Part shown: positions 39,838-48,430 of the stretch, piece after piece
Position numbering within the stretch: position 1 is the first letter of the stretch
Layout: each line of letters opens with the position of its first letter
Source of the DNA: Desulfocapsaceae bacterium
GTDB lineage: Bacteria > Desulfobacterota > Desulfobulbia > Desulfobulbales > Desulfocapsaceae
Assembly: GCA_050288305.1 (NCBI GenBank)
Contig: JBNKDO010000059.1
Span: 10,747 to 74,746 of the forward strand
Length of the DNA stretch: 64,000 nucleotides
Direction: 5' to 3'
Position numbers and translations under genes: made by a program
The notes under the pieces: generated by a model
Database searches by the model: none
Told to the model about the DNA's origin: nothing
Seen by the model: the letters and a program-made list of their open reading frames with translations, nothing else

Positions 39838-40038
39838 TCACCGAAGTGCTATGGCCCGTCGCGTATGTGAAATGGCATAAGGGAAAGAACCTTTTTGCAC
39901 ATGTGAACTGAGATGTTTAAGAACTACCTCATGTGTGTTGCCTGGTTTCTTCCACCATTGCTCATATATCCAATTTCCCACAGTCTCAAAATGTTCAGGG
40001 CATTCAGATAATTGTTTAAGTTCCAAATTGATCTCCAT
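39838..40038 (-). pseudogene. N-terminal remnant of a GNAT-type acetyltransferase
   Basis: MEINLELKQLSECPEHFETVGNWIYEQWW... looks like a GNAT N-terminus. It stops after about 66 codons, before any acetyl-CoA-binding motif, and no continuation is seen in other frames. Confidence 0.4.
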
Positions 40039-40304
40039 TTCTACCAGCGAATCGCAGAGTGACGAAGTCAGCACCGCGATTCACAGTGGCAAAGTCGCAG
40101 TAAACCAGTAATTATAAACTGCTTATCCCTTATTTTGTAATGTATACACAAAGCAACCTTGTTAGGCAACAGAGTAATTAGAACATTATTCTTGCGATAT
40201 TGTTTTTGACGTTCAAATCACCAGCACCAGCTTGTAATGAACAAGACAAGATGTTCAAAGGTAGCTGATTTATACAATGTTCATGAAAAGTCAGGAAAAA
40301 ACAT

Positions 40305-40333
40305 TTGACAAATATAATTGCTATTATTATAGT
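40305..40333 (+). promoter_or_regulatory. Sigma-70-type promoter of marR
   Basis: TTGACA, a 17-nt spacer, then TATAGT, ending 38 nt upstream of the marR ATG. The -10 overlaps a 19-nt motif that is repeated at 40834-40852. Confidence 0.55.
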
Positions 40334-40371
40334 TGCCACACCAACCACCATAAATAGGTCGTAATCAAGAT

Positions 40372-40815
40372 ATGTCAAAAAACAGTAATGAAAATTCACT
40401 CGGCTATGCCATCGGTAAAACAAACTGGTACCTAAAAACCCTTTTAAACAAGCTTTTAAGGGAAGAGGAATGCCGTGTAACAACTGAGCAATGGCTTGTA
40501 TTAAAGGTGATTGACGCGAATCCGGGTATGTCACAAACTGAAGTGGCGGAAAAGAGCCAAAAAGAAAAAACCAACATAACGAGGATTATCGATCTACTGG
40601 AAAAGAGTGGATGTATCGAACGACGGAAAGATGAAAATGACCGTAGATTCTACCGAATACATGCAACTGAAGAGGGAAAAGAAGTGTTAAAAACAGTGAA
40701 CCCGATCACAGGGAAGACTGAGGAAATCTGCACGCGGTCACTCAACACGAAACAGATAGAGAAAATAATAGATTCTCTAAATGTCGTTTGTGACAATATT
40801 AAAAAGGAACTGTAA
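40372..40815 (+). CDS. MarR family transcriptional regulator
   Basis: LTTEQWLVLKVIDANPGMSQTEVAEKSQKEKTNITRIIDLLEKSGCIERRKDENDRRFYRIHATEEG is a winged-helix MarR core. Confidence 0.85.
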   Translation: MSKNSNENSLGYAIGKTNWYLKTLLNKLLREEECRVTTEQWLVLKVIDANPGMSQTEVAEKSQKEKTNITRIIDLLEKSGCIERRKDENDRRFYRIHATEEGKEVLKTVNPITGKTEEICTRSLNTKQIEKIIDSLNVVCDNIKKEL

Positions 40816-40880
40816 TTCAATTTTTTTAAGCTAATAGTTGCTACACAAACCATATTAACAGCAACCAACGAGGAGGAGTC

Positions 40881-41204
40881 ATGTTTCACAAGTGCAAAAT
40901 AACGGTCATAAAAAGAGGGTGTGATATGGATCTGGTTAACTCTTTTGTAAGTAATCCCGAGAAGTTTTCTATCTGCAATCAGGTGAAAGACAATCAGGAG
41001 TTTGTCATCAATAATCCTTACGAAATGCCAGAGGGAATTTGTGCCTTTGCCTGGGCTGACATTCGCCCACAGATTCTAGCCATCGCGTCGGGTGGCACAT
41101 TTTCTTTCTCGAAGGACAAAAATACAGCCATAGCAACCTGTTCGGATCCATTCCGTCCTGTGATATTTAAAATTGAAATACTTTCTAACCTGGATTTTTC
41201 ATGA
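40881..41204 (+). CDS. TIGR04076-family small Cys-containing protein
   Basis: CKITVIKRGC...C.QVKDNQEFVI..PYEMPEGICAFAWADIRPQILAIASGG...CSDPFRPVIFKIE matches my recollection of the TIGR04076 pattern. A GAGGAGG Shine-Dalgarno sequence is present. Confidence 0.7.
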   Translation: MFHKCKITVIKRGCDMDLVNSFVSNPEKFSICNQVKDNQEFVINNPYEMPEGICAFAWADIRPQILAIASGGTFSFSKDKNTAIATCSDPFRPVIFKIEILSNLDFS

Positions 41205-41238
41205 ACATTTAAAACATCACAAAGGAGTAGAAAAGAAG

Positions 41239-41820
41239 ATGTCAAAGAAAATTGCTTACATCCATGGCAGCCCAAGAAAAAATGGCAATACGGCTGCGAT
41301 TTCCACAATAGTTATTCAGGAAGCAGTCAAGAAAAATGCTGCAGTGACTGAGATTTATGCAACACAACTAAAGTTTCAAGTGCCTGGCTGTTTGAGCTGC
41401 ATGAAATGCCATCAATCCAATGACTTTGCATGCGTGATTGGTGATCAGCTCGCCGCAATACTGACCACTCTGCCCAACTACGATACGATTGTCCTGGCGA
41501 CACCAACCTACTGGATGAGCTACCCTGCCCAAGTTAAAATGCTTGTCGACCGCATGGGCTCGCTGATGAAATTTACTGAGTCAGGGGAAATCCGCACACC
41601 GCTGGCGGGCAAAGCATTTGCCCTGCTGACAACAGGAACTGGCGCTCTGAAAAACAATCTGGACCTCCTTGAACAACAATGGAGAAACGTCGCGTATATG
41701 CTGTCATGTAACTTTACCTCCTGCCTCTTTCCAAATGCGCCCAAAAAGATCGGCGCGCTGATTGATGATCCGTTAACTTTGGGTAAAGCCCAGGAGTTTG
41801 GCAGACAGCTGGCGTCATAG
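41239..41820 (+). CDS. Flavodoxin-fold NAD(P)H-dependent FMN reductase-like protein
   Basis: AGGAG Shine-Dalgarno sequence then MSKKIAYIHGSPRKNGNT..., plus LATPTYWMSYPAQ. Confidence 0.8.
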   Translation: MSKKIAYIHGSPRKNGNTAAISTIVIQEAVKKNAAVTEIYATQLKFQVPGCLSCMKCHQSNDFACVIGDQLAAILTTLPNYDTIVLATPTYWMSYPAQVKMLVDRMGSLMKFTESGEIRTPLAGKAFALLTTGTGALKNNLDLLEQQWRNVAYMLSCNFTSCLFPNAPKKIGALIDDPLTLGKAQEFGRQLAS

Positions 41821-41996
41821 CAGAAAAACTATCTTAGCGCCGATTTCTCATGGACATTGGCATATTTAAAAGATTTCATCTCTTGCTGAGAAGAGCTGAT
41901 GAAACCGGTTTAATCGCAATTTGACACAATGTTCATGAGACGTCCATACTTAGGAGGCTGAAGAGAAACAGTTTCCGTATTCTTAGGAGAAACGAT

Positions 41997-42491
41997 ATGA
42001 AAATGAAACACATTCTATCCACCATTCTGTCCTGTACTATTTTATTAGGTTTGCTTGGATGTGGTTTCTGTCAAAACGAAGACGAACCAAAGCTCAAGAG
42101 GAAGATTATAAATCCTTGGACATGGCAGGACAATCGCGGTTTTGTGCAGGGGCATGAAGTAGCTGATGTAAAACGGATGATGATTACTGCCGGGCAGGTT
42201 TCAGTTGATGCTGACGGAAATCTCCTGCATCCAGGAGATATGGAAAAACAGATCACAAGGGTGCTGGATAACATGGAGACGCTGTTGAATCAAAGTGGCT
42301 TCAAGCTCTCTGATGTCGTCCGGTTCACGTACTTTACTACAGATGTTCATGCGTTTACCAAGGCAGCCCCAAATGTACTCATAGATCGCCTGGCTCAGGC
42401 TCGGTGTAAACCGGCAACATCACTGATTGGTGTTAAGGAACTTTTCCATCCAGGCTGCGTTGTTGAGATAGAAGCCACAGCTGTTCAGTAA
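41997..42491 (+). CDS. RidA/YjgF-family protein with a lipoprotein signal peptide
   Basis: Lipobox LLGC at about aa 19-22, then a YjgF/RidA-like core ending ...GCVVEIEATAV. A TTGACA-N18-CATACT candidate promoter lies at 41921-41950. Confidence 0.8.
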   Translation: MKMKHILSTILSCTILLGLLGCGFCQNEDEPKLKRKIINPWTWQDNRGFVQGHEVADVKRMMITAGQVSVDADGNLLHPGDMEKQITRVLDNMETLLNQSGFKLSDVVRFTYFTTDVHAFTKAAPNVLIDRLAQARCKPATSLIGVKELFHPGCVVEIEATAVQ

Positions 42492-42731
42492 AATGGTCAG
42501 CGATGAATCATGAGTGTTTCAGGGCCAATCAGCGCTTTGATATTTTCGCCGTCTCCTATAAGTCCTTTTCCTGTATTGTTGAAGGAAATTTGAAGGACAT
42601 GCAGTAAATAAGATTGCATGCGCTTATCTGTAATGGTTTTTCATAATAACGCGCGATACAAACTAATTTTCATAGCCAATAATCCTTTTTCATGCCATAA
42701 TGATTCGGCATAAAAATAGGAATTCATAAAA

Positions 42732-44267
42732 ATGGCTATTTATAACGAAAATTCACACGACAGAATTGTTTTTCACGACTTTTCCAGCCCAGAGAAGGGT
42801 TCCCACCTGGCGGGGTACTCCGCTTTGATTGAGGCGCATGAGCTTAGAGTTCCTGCTCCTGATACCCTCTGCATTACAGGCACGAAGCACAAAAAATATG
42901 CAGATGGCCGTTGGAATATCTTTACCCCCCGTCACAGACCGGAAGAAACACTTTATGGGCACCTCACATTTGCCCTAAAGTATGAAGGTATTGACCTAGC
43001 GGTCCTCAATGCCTTGTTCCAAACTATCAAAGCAGAAGAGATCGAATCTATAGTCCGTTCAGAGCCAACCGGGATCTATAGCCGGAAAATATGGTTTTTA
43101 TGGGAATGGCTGCGAGATGAGCAGCTGGATATTGAAGACGCCACAAAAGGGAACTTTGTTCCTCTGGTCAACAGTAAGCTGCAGTATGAAGGAAAACCCA
43201 CTCTCTCCAGGCGGCATCGCGTTCGAGATAACCTGCCAGGAACAAAGAAGTTCTGCCCCTTAATACGAAAGACAAAGAAGCTTGAACAATATTTGGGAAA
43301 AAAACTTTCCGAAGAAGCCGTAAAAAATATTGGTCAGACGCACCCCGATCTTTTAAGCAGGGCAGCAGCTTTTCTCTTACTTAAAGATTCCAAAGCATCA
43401 TATACCATTGAGGGCGAAACGCCGCCCCATGGCCGCATCGAAAGATGGGGCAGAATTATCGGAGAGGCAGGAAGCCGTGAGCTCAGTATCGAAGAGCTTG
43501 AGTATTTGCAAAAACAAATGATAACCGATAGTCGGTTCATCGAGCCTGGCTTACGCAGGGAAGGCGGTTTTGTCGGTGAACATGACCGGACATCAGGTAT
43601 GCCCATGCCTGATCATATCTCTGCCCGCCCGGATGATCTGGAAGCGCTCATGGCTGGGTTGATCGAAACCTACGAGCTTCTGCGTGAGGATGAATTCAAT
43701 GCAGTACTCATGGCCACGATTATCGCTTTTGGTTTTGTATTCATACACCCCTTTGAAGATGGCAATGGTCGGATTCATCGTTATTTGTTTCACCATGTCC
43801 TGGCTGAAAAAGGTTTTGTACCAAAGGGGCTAATATTTCCAGTGTCCGCTGTTATCCTGGAGCGCATTGATGAGTATCGTAAAACCCTTGAACATTTTTC
43901 AAAGCCCAGACTTGGCTTAATTGAGTGGCGTCCCACAGAGAAAAACAATGTTGAAGTGCTCAACAACACACTCGATCTATATCGCTATTTTGATGCGACC
44001 AAACAGGCAGAATTTTTCTTCGCATGCGTTGAAGAAACAGTCTCTCAAACCCTGCCTGACGAAGTTGAATATTTGAGAAAATACGATCTGCTCAACGAAT
44101 TCATAAAAAACTATATCGACATGCCGGATAAGCTTGTTGATCTGTTGATCCGTTTTTTATCGCAAAATGCAGGAAAGCTCTCAAAGCGCAGCAGGGCAAA
44201 AGAATTTGAAAAACTGACAGACAAAGAAATTCAAGCCATTGAGGTAAAGTACCGCGAGATATTCTAA
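42732..44267 (+). CDS. Fic-family protein with a canonical AMPylation motif and an internal inhibitory motif
   Basis: IHPFEDGNGRIHRY fits HPFx(D/E)GNGRxxR. The upstream SYTIEGE fits the (S/T)xxxE(G/N) auto-inhibition helix. Confidence 0.85.
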   Translation: MAIYNENSHDRIVFHDFSSPEKGSHLAGYSALIEAHELRVPAPDTLCITGTKHKKYADGRWNIFTPRHRPEETLYGHLTFALKYEGIDLAVLNALFQTIKAEEIESIVRSEPTGIYSRKIWFLWEWLRDEQLDIEDATKGNFVPLVNSKLQYEGKPTLSRRHRVRDNLPGTKKFCPLIRKTKKLEQYLGKKLSEEAVKNIGQTHPDLLSRAAAFLLLKDSKASYTIEGETPPHGRIERWGRIIGEAGSRELSIEELEYLQKQMITDSRFIEPGLRREGGFVGEHDRTSGMPMPDHISARPDDLEALMAGLIETYELLREDEFNAVLMATIIAFGFVFIHPFEDGNGRIHRYLFHHVLAEKGFVPKGLIFPVSAVILERIDEYRKTLEHFSKPRLGLIEWRPTEKNNVEVLNNTLDLYRYFDATKQAEFFFACVEETVSQTLPDEVEYLRKYDLLNEFIKNYIDMPDKLVDLLIRFLSQNAGKLSKRSRAKEFEKLTDKEIQAIEVKYREIF

Positions 44268-44400
44268 AGCGGCTGAGCTGCATGTGGTCTTTTCAATTTG
44301 ATGGCAAGCAAGGTTTTTCATGTGATGGAAGAAACACATTTTAGCATTTATAATTCTCTACTTAAAGGCATAACAGACTCTTCAGTGGGCAAGTTCGCTG

Positions 44401-46473
44401 TTATTTGCTAATTATCACCTCTCTTACCTTCATGGTAAGTTCCCGTATTGAAAACGGTTTCTGAATGAAATTGATGCCCTTGTCTATCACTCCGTGATGA
44501 GCGATAACATTTGCCGTATAACCAGACATATAGAGTATTTTTAGATGAGGGCATCGCAATCTAAGGCTTTCCGCGAGATCACGGCCATTCATCTCTGGCA
44601 TTATCACATCAGTAATGAGTAGGTTGATGGTGCCAGCATAATTCTCCACCAACTTTAAGGCCTCATTGGGTGAGGTTGTAGTCAACACTGTATACCCTTG
44701 CTTTTCCAACATCATCTGACTAATTTTGAGAATCTTAGCATTGTCCTCAACGATCAGAATAGTTTCGGAACTATACACCAGCGGTGAAACCTCTCTTTCT
44801 TTCATAAGCTCATCGGTTTCAGCCTTATGCCGCGATAAATAAATCTTGAATGTTGAGCCATGAGCAGGCTCGCTGTAAACATTTATAAAGCCCTTATTTT
44901 GTTTAACAATACCGTATACCATGGAAAGGCCCAACCCGGTCCCTTTCTCTTCTCCCTTTGTCGTAAAAAAGGGCTCGAAGATGTTGTCAAGAATTTCACG
45001 CTCTATACCGCAACCGCTATCGCTAACAGCCATCATCACATAATCTCCCGCAATAAATCCCGGATGCTCGTCGCAATAGTCCTCGTCAAAAGTGCAATTA
45101 TTTGTTTCGATGACGATTCTCCCAACGCCCGTGATACTATCCCGGGCATTTACGCACAGGTTTACCAAAATCTGATCTATCTGACTGGAATCTATCAAGA
45201 CTTTCCAAATATTTTTCCCTGGGGACCAGATAAGATGGATATCTTCACCAATAATTCGCTGCAGCATCTTGATCATATTTTCAACGACGTTATTCAGATC
45301 AAGAACCTTCGGGGAAATGGTCTGTTTGCGTGCAAAGGCTAACAGTTTGCGGGTCAGATCGGCGGAATTTTCAGCAGCTTTTCTAATGTCCTGCAGCGCA
45401 GCAAATTCGGGTTGAGCCGGATCGATTTGATCCAGCAATAATTCTGTTTCCCCAATGATAATTCCCAACATGTTGTTAAAGTCGTGGGCAACACCTCCAG
45501 CCAGTCGACCGACAGCCTCCATTTTCTGGGACTGTGTTAACTGAGCCTGGAGCTTTTCTTTTTCAGCCTCCGCTTTAATACGTTCGTTGATATCAATTCT
45601 TAGACCGGTCAAATGGGCAGGCTTATTGTCCTTATCCCTTTCAAGCACATATCCTATGACGTAATGCCAGCGATAAGAGCCGTCCGCGTGCTTCATACGT
45701 GCTTCATAGTGATATTCGTTGGTTTCAAAATTGAGAATACTGTATATTTTCTCCTTGACCATCTTCCTGTCTTCCGGATGCACCCGTTCAAGCCACGTGT
45801 CCCTGTCCGAAGCACCAGAAACAGGTTCATAACCAAGCATGGTGTAATAAATCGGAGATGCATACCAGGTATCATTGGTAACGTTCCAATCCCATATTCC
45901 GATATTGGCAACTTCCAGCGTCAACCGCAGGCGCGCCTCGCTAAATCGAAGTTTCCTTTCAATGCGATTACGCTCAGTTATATCTCGGGCGATGCCCAAT
46001 ACGCCGATAAGGTTTCCATAATGATCATGCATTGGTGTTTTTATGGTTTCGAGTAATTCCTCATGGCCATCATCGGTGTAAGTTACCGTTTCTTCGTTCA
46101 CCATCGGTTTCCCGCTGGCAATGGCAGCCATATCGTTCTTGCGGAAAAAGTCAGCTTGCTCCTTACTCACAAAATCGTAGTCTGTTTTTCCGACAATATC
46201 CTTTTCCAATGCACCATATAAGCGTTCAAATCTTCGATTACAGGCAAGAAAGACACCATCCTTGTCCTTTAACCAAACAAGATCCGGTATTGTTTCAATG
46301 AGAGTACGTAAAAGTGTTTCACGATGAAGGAATGCGCCATTATCTTCCTCTCTCCTGGATTCTTGTTCCTCCAACTCCCGAACCCTTTGTAATAATTCTT
46401 CGTATGTTGGTTTTCTATTCATTCTGGATCCAAGAATACTGACACCCGAGAAGAGTGAACAATCTGGCGTCAT
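44401..46473 (-). CDS. Cytoplasmic PAS-PAS hybrid histidine kinase (HisKA-HATPase-REC)
   Basis: Two PAS segments, VAHDFNNML (H-box), GTGLGLSMVYGIV (G2) and a C-terminal receiver (ILIVEDN...DVIMPEMNG). An alternative start lies at 46422. Confidence 0.85.
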   Translation of the reverse strand: MTPDCSLFSGVSILGSRMNRKPTYEELLQRVRELEEQESRREEDNGAFLHRETLLRTLIETIPDLVWLKDKDGVFLACNRRFERLYGALEKDIVGKTDYDFVSKEQADFFRKNDMAAIASGKPMVNEETVTYTDDGHEELLETIKTPMHDHYGNLIGVLGIARDITERNRIERKLRFSEARLRLTLEVANIGIWDWNVTNDTWYASPIYYTMLGYEPVSGASDRDTWLERVHPEDRKMVKEKIYSILNFETNEYHYEARMKHADGSYRWHYVIGYVLERDKDNKPAHLTGLRIDINERIKAEAEKEKLQAQLTQSQKMEAVGRLAGGVAHDFNNMLGIIIGETELLLDQIDPAQPEFAALQDIRKAAENSADLTRKLLAFARKQTISPKVLDLNNVVENMIKMLQRIIGEDIHLIWSPGKNIWKVLIDSSQIDQILVNLCVNARDSITGVGRIVIETNNCTFDEDYCDEHPGFIAGDYVMMAVSDSGCGIEREILDNIFEPFFTTKGEEKGTGLGLSMVYGIVKQNKGFINVYSEPAHGSTFKIYLSRHKAETDELMKEREVSPLVYSSETILIVEDNAKILKISQMMLEKQGYTVLTTTSPNEALKLVENYAGTINLLITDVIMPEMNGRDLAESLRLRCPHLKILYMSGYTANVIAHHGVIDKGINFIQKPFSIRELTMKVREVIISK

Positions 46474-46552
46474 TTAAAGTTACAATAAAAAGGAATAAAA
46501 CAAAGTCATCAAACGAGATCAGCTTAATCAGGTGGAACATTTAGCAATTGGA

Positions 46553-47503
46553 TTATTTAACATTTCCATCATCGTCGACTAAATCCGGGTAGAGCTCCTT
46601 CATGCACTTAGGACAAAGACAATGGCTAAATTCCACATCACTGTGGGTACTGATATAACCTTCGATTTGATTCCAGTATCCCTTGTCATCTCGTATCTTC
46701 TTGCAGGAAGAACATATGGGCAAAAAACCACTCAAAAGTTTTACCTTCTCAAGTGCTTCCTTGAGATCACGAATAAGCTCTTCCCGTTCTGCCTCTATTC
46801 GTCTGCGCTTTTCTATCATTGAATTGAATGCCCCCGCCAACTCCCCGACCTCGTCATTTGAGATGATAGCGACTTGAATGGCCAGGTCTCCCTGACCGAA
46901 AGCCTCTACAGCCCTGGCGAGCATGAGCAGTGGTTTGGTAATGGCACGAGAAAATATTAACGATGTGATGATGCCGAGCAGCAACACACCGATGGAGAAC
47001 AGTACGATGGACTTCACGATGTCGTCCACATCTTTCAAAATTGCTTCTTCAGATAATCCTAGATGCAGAACCCCTATTTTTCCCTGCAAGAGAGGAACGG
47101 CAATATCTTGAACAGATCCTTGGTCTGTTAACAGGTCCTTTAAGGAGAAGGGCCGCGTCAGATCTGCCTGATGAGCCAGTTTCAGATCCTTTGCGACCGG
47201 ATATGTAAATGTATGAGCGATATCGTTCCCATCCTCGTCCAGCACATAGGCATAGACGATATCATCCTCCTCTTCCATCAAGTCTTTCAAATACATTGTG
47301 ATCTCGAAATAACGTTCTGTGATGACAGGGTTCACACAGTCAGCGGCGATTCTCCTGGTCAACACCACGCCCTTGTCAAGCAACATGTTATGCAGCTTAT
47401 TATAGATGACTGTTTTTGCAAAAAAGATCATCCCGAGGCCGAAAAACAATGTCACTACAAAAAGACTTACAAGGATCTTGACCCTTATGCTTAGGGAGGC
47501 CAT
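46553..47503 (-). CDS. Membrane sensor: two TM segments, periplasmic loop, HAMP, coiled coil and a C-terminal Cys4 tail
   Basis: The HAMP region is RAITKPLLMLARAVEAFGQGDL...DEVGELAGAFNSMI. The tail is LPICSSCKKIRDDKGYWNQIEGYISTHSDVEFSHCLCPKCMKELYP. There is no kinase, GGDEF or MCP output domain. Confidence 0.8.
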   Translation of the reverse strand: MASLSIRVKILVSLFVVTLFFGLGMIFFAKTVIYNKLHNMLLDKGVVLTRRIAADCVNPVITERYFEITMYLKDLMEEEDDIVYAYVLDEDGNDIAHTFTYPVAKDLKLAHQADLTRPFSLKDLLTDQGSVQDIAVPLLQGKIGVLHLGLSEEAILKDVDDIVKSIVLFSIGVLLLGIITSLIFSRAITKPLLMLARAVEAFGQGDLAIQVAIISNDEVGELAGAFNSMIEKRRRIEAEREELIRDLKEALEKVKLLSGFLPICSSCKKIRDDKGYWNQIEGYISTHSDVEFSHCLCPKCMKELYPDLVDDDGNVK

Positions 47504-47506
47504 GAC

Positions 47507-48430
47507 TTATTTCTCCAGCTTTTTTATCTTGAGCCAGTCAACCATTTCCCTTACTGAGTCATAAGCCCTGTCGTCAATCACAACAAATTTATCAATATTC
47601 ATCTTCTTCAGGATCTCCTGGCCTTTCGCATCAAGGTGCGCATTCAGAAATGCCCGTTTCAATTTATCCTTGAGAGCTGGATCAAGATTCTGCGGGACGG
47701 CCACAGGCGGAATGGCATAGGCCGGGGATTTTTTCAATATGCGCGTCTTTGATGTGAATTCAGGATTGGTTACATTGAGATATTCCCATATAAGACTGTC
47801 TACGGCCGCCCCATCTACAATTCCCTGCGCTACCGCTTTGATGGATTTGTCATGGGAATAGGTGAATATTACTTCCTTGAAAAATCTCTCCGGCGTTTTA
47901 TTCATTTTTGCCAACATGTAGGTCGGAACCAGCTTGCCAGTGTTGGAAAGAGGATCTGTAAAGGCAAACCGCTTACCTTGCAGTTCCTCAAATGAGTGGA
48001 GGGGACTATCCTTTGCCACCAGAATATAGGAGTAGTAAACAGTGGAGCCATATACCTGTGGAGCGACAAGCAGTTCCAGACCGAATTGCTTCTTGCCCTC
48101 TGTATAAGGCCCGCTGCACACAAACGCCGCTTCCAGTTTCCCCGTCTTGAGCATTTCGTTGATCTCAGCGTAGCTTTCGCGATCAACATACTCAATTTTT
48201 TCTCCTATCTTATCCTGAATATAGCGAAGGAGGTCCCTATAATAGACGACTCCTTCTTTCGGAGTGATCATTCCGCCGATAGCGATTCTCACTTTCGCTT
48301 TTTCTTGTTTTTTTTCCAATGCGGTTTCTGCCTGTTCAAGAATAATTATTTTCTCCTCTTTCCTGTCACATCCACTTAATCCCATTAAAATCACTGCAAC
48401 TATGAGCGTAGAGGAGAGAATTTTAAGCAT
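47507..48430 (-). CDS. PhnD-like periplasmic substrate-binding lipoprotein
   Basis: AAGGAGG Shine-Dalgarno sequence then MLKILSSTLIVAVILMGLSGC (lipobox). The body resembles phosphonate/PhnD-type binding proteins (GKRFAFTDPLSNTG). It ends 3 nt upstream of the HAMP gene. Confidence 0.75.
   Translation of the reverse strand: MLKILSSTLIVAVILMGLSGCDRKEEKIIILEQAETALEKKQEKAKVRIAIGGMITPKEGVVYYRDLLRYIQDKIGEKIEYVDRESYAEINEMLKTGKLEAAFVCSGPYTEGKKQFGLELLVAPQVYGSTVYYSYILVAKDSPLHSFEELQGKRFAFTDPLSNTGKLVPTYMLAKMNKTPERFFKEVIFTYSHDKSIKAVAQGIVDGAAVDSLIWEYLNVTNPEFTSKTRILKKSPAYAIPPVAVPQNLDPALKDKLKRAFLNAHLDAKGQEILKKMNIDKFVVIDDRAYDSVREMVDWLKIKKLEK

Noticed and set aside
40178-40534. 118-aa minus-strand ORF
   Set aside because: It overlaps the marR promoter and the first 160 nt of marR antisense. 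It is hydrophobic and low-complexity, with no Shine-Dalgarno sequence.
42640-42731. Similarity between the upstream regions of the two Fic genes (GCGCGAT, TTTCATGCCA/TACCATGCCA)
   Set aside because: Only short, ungapped matches of 7-8 nt are present. That is not enough to claim a shared operator.
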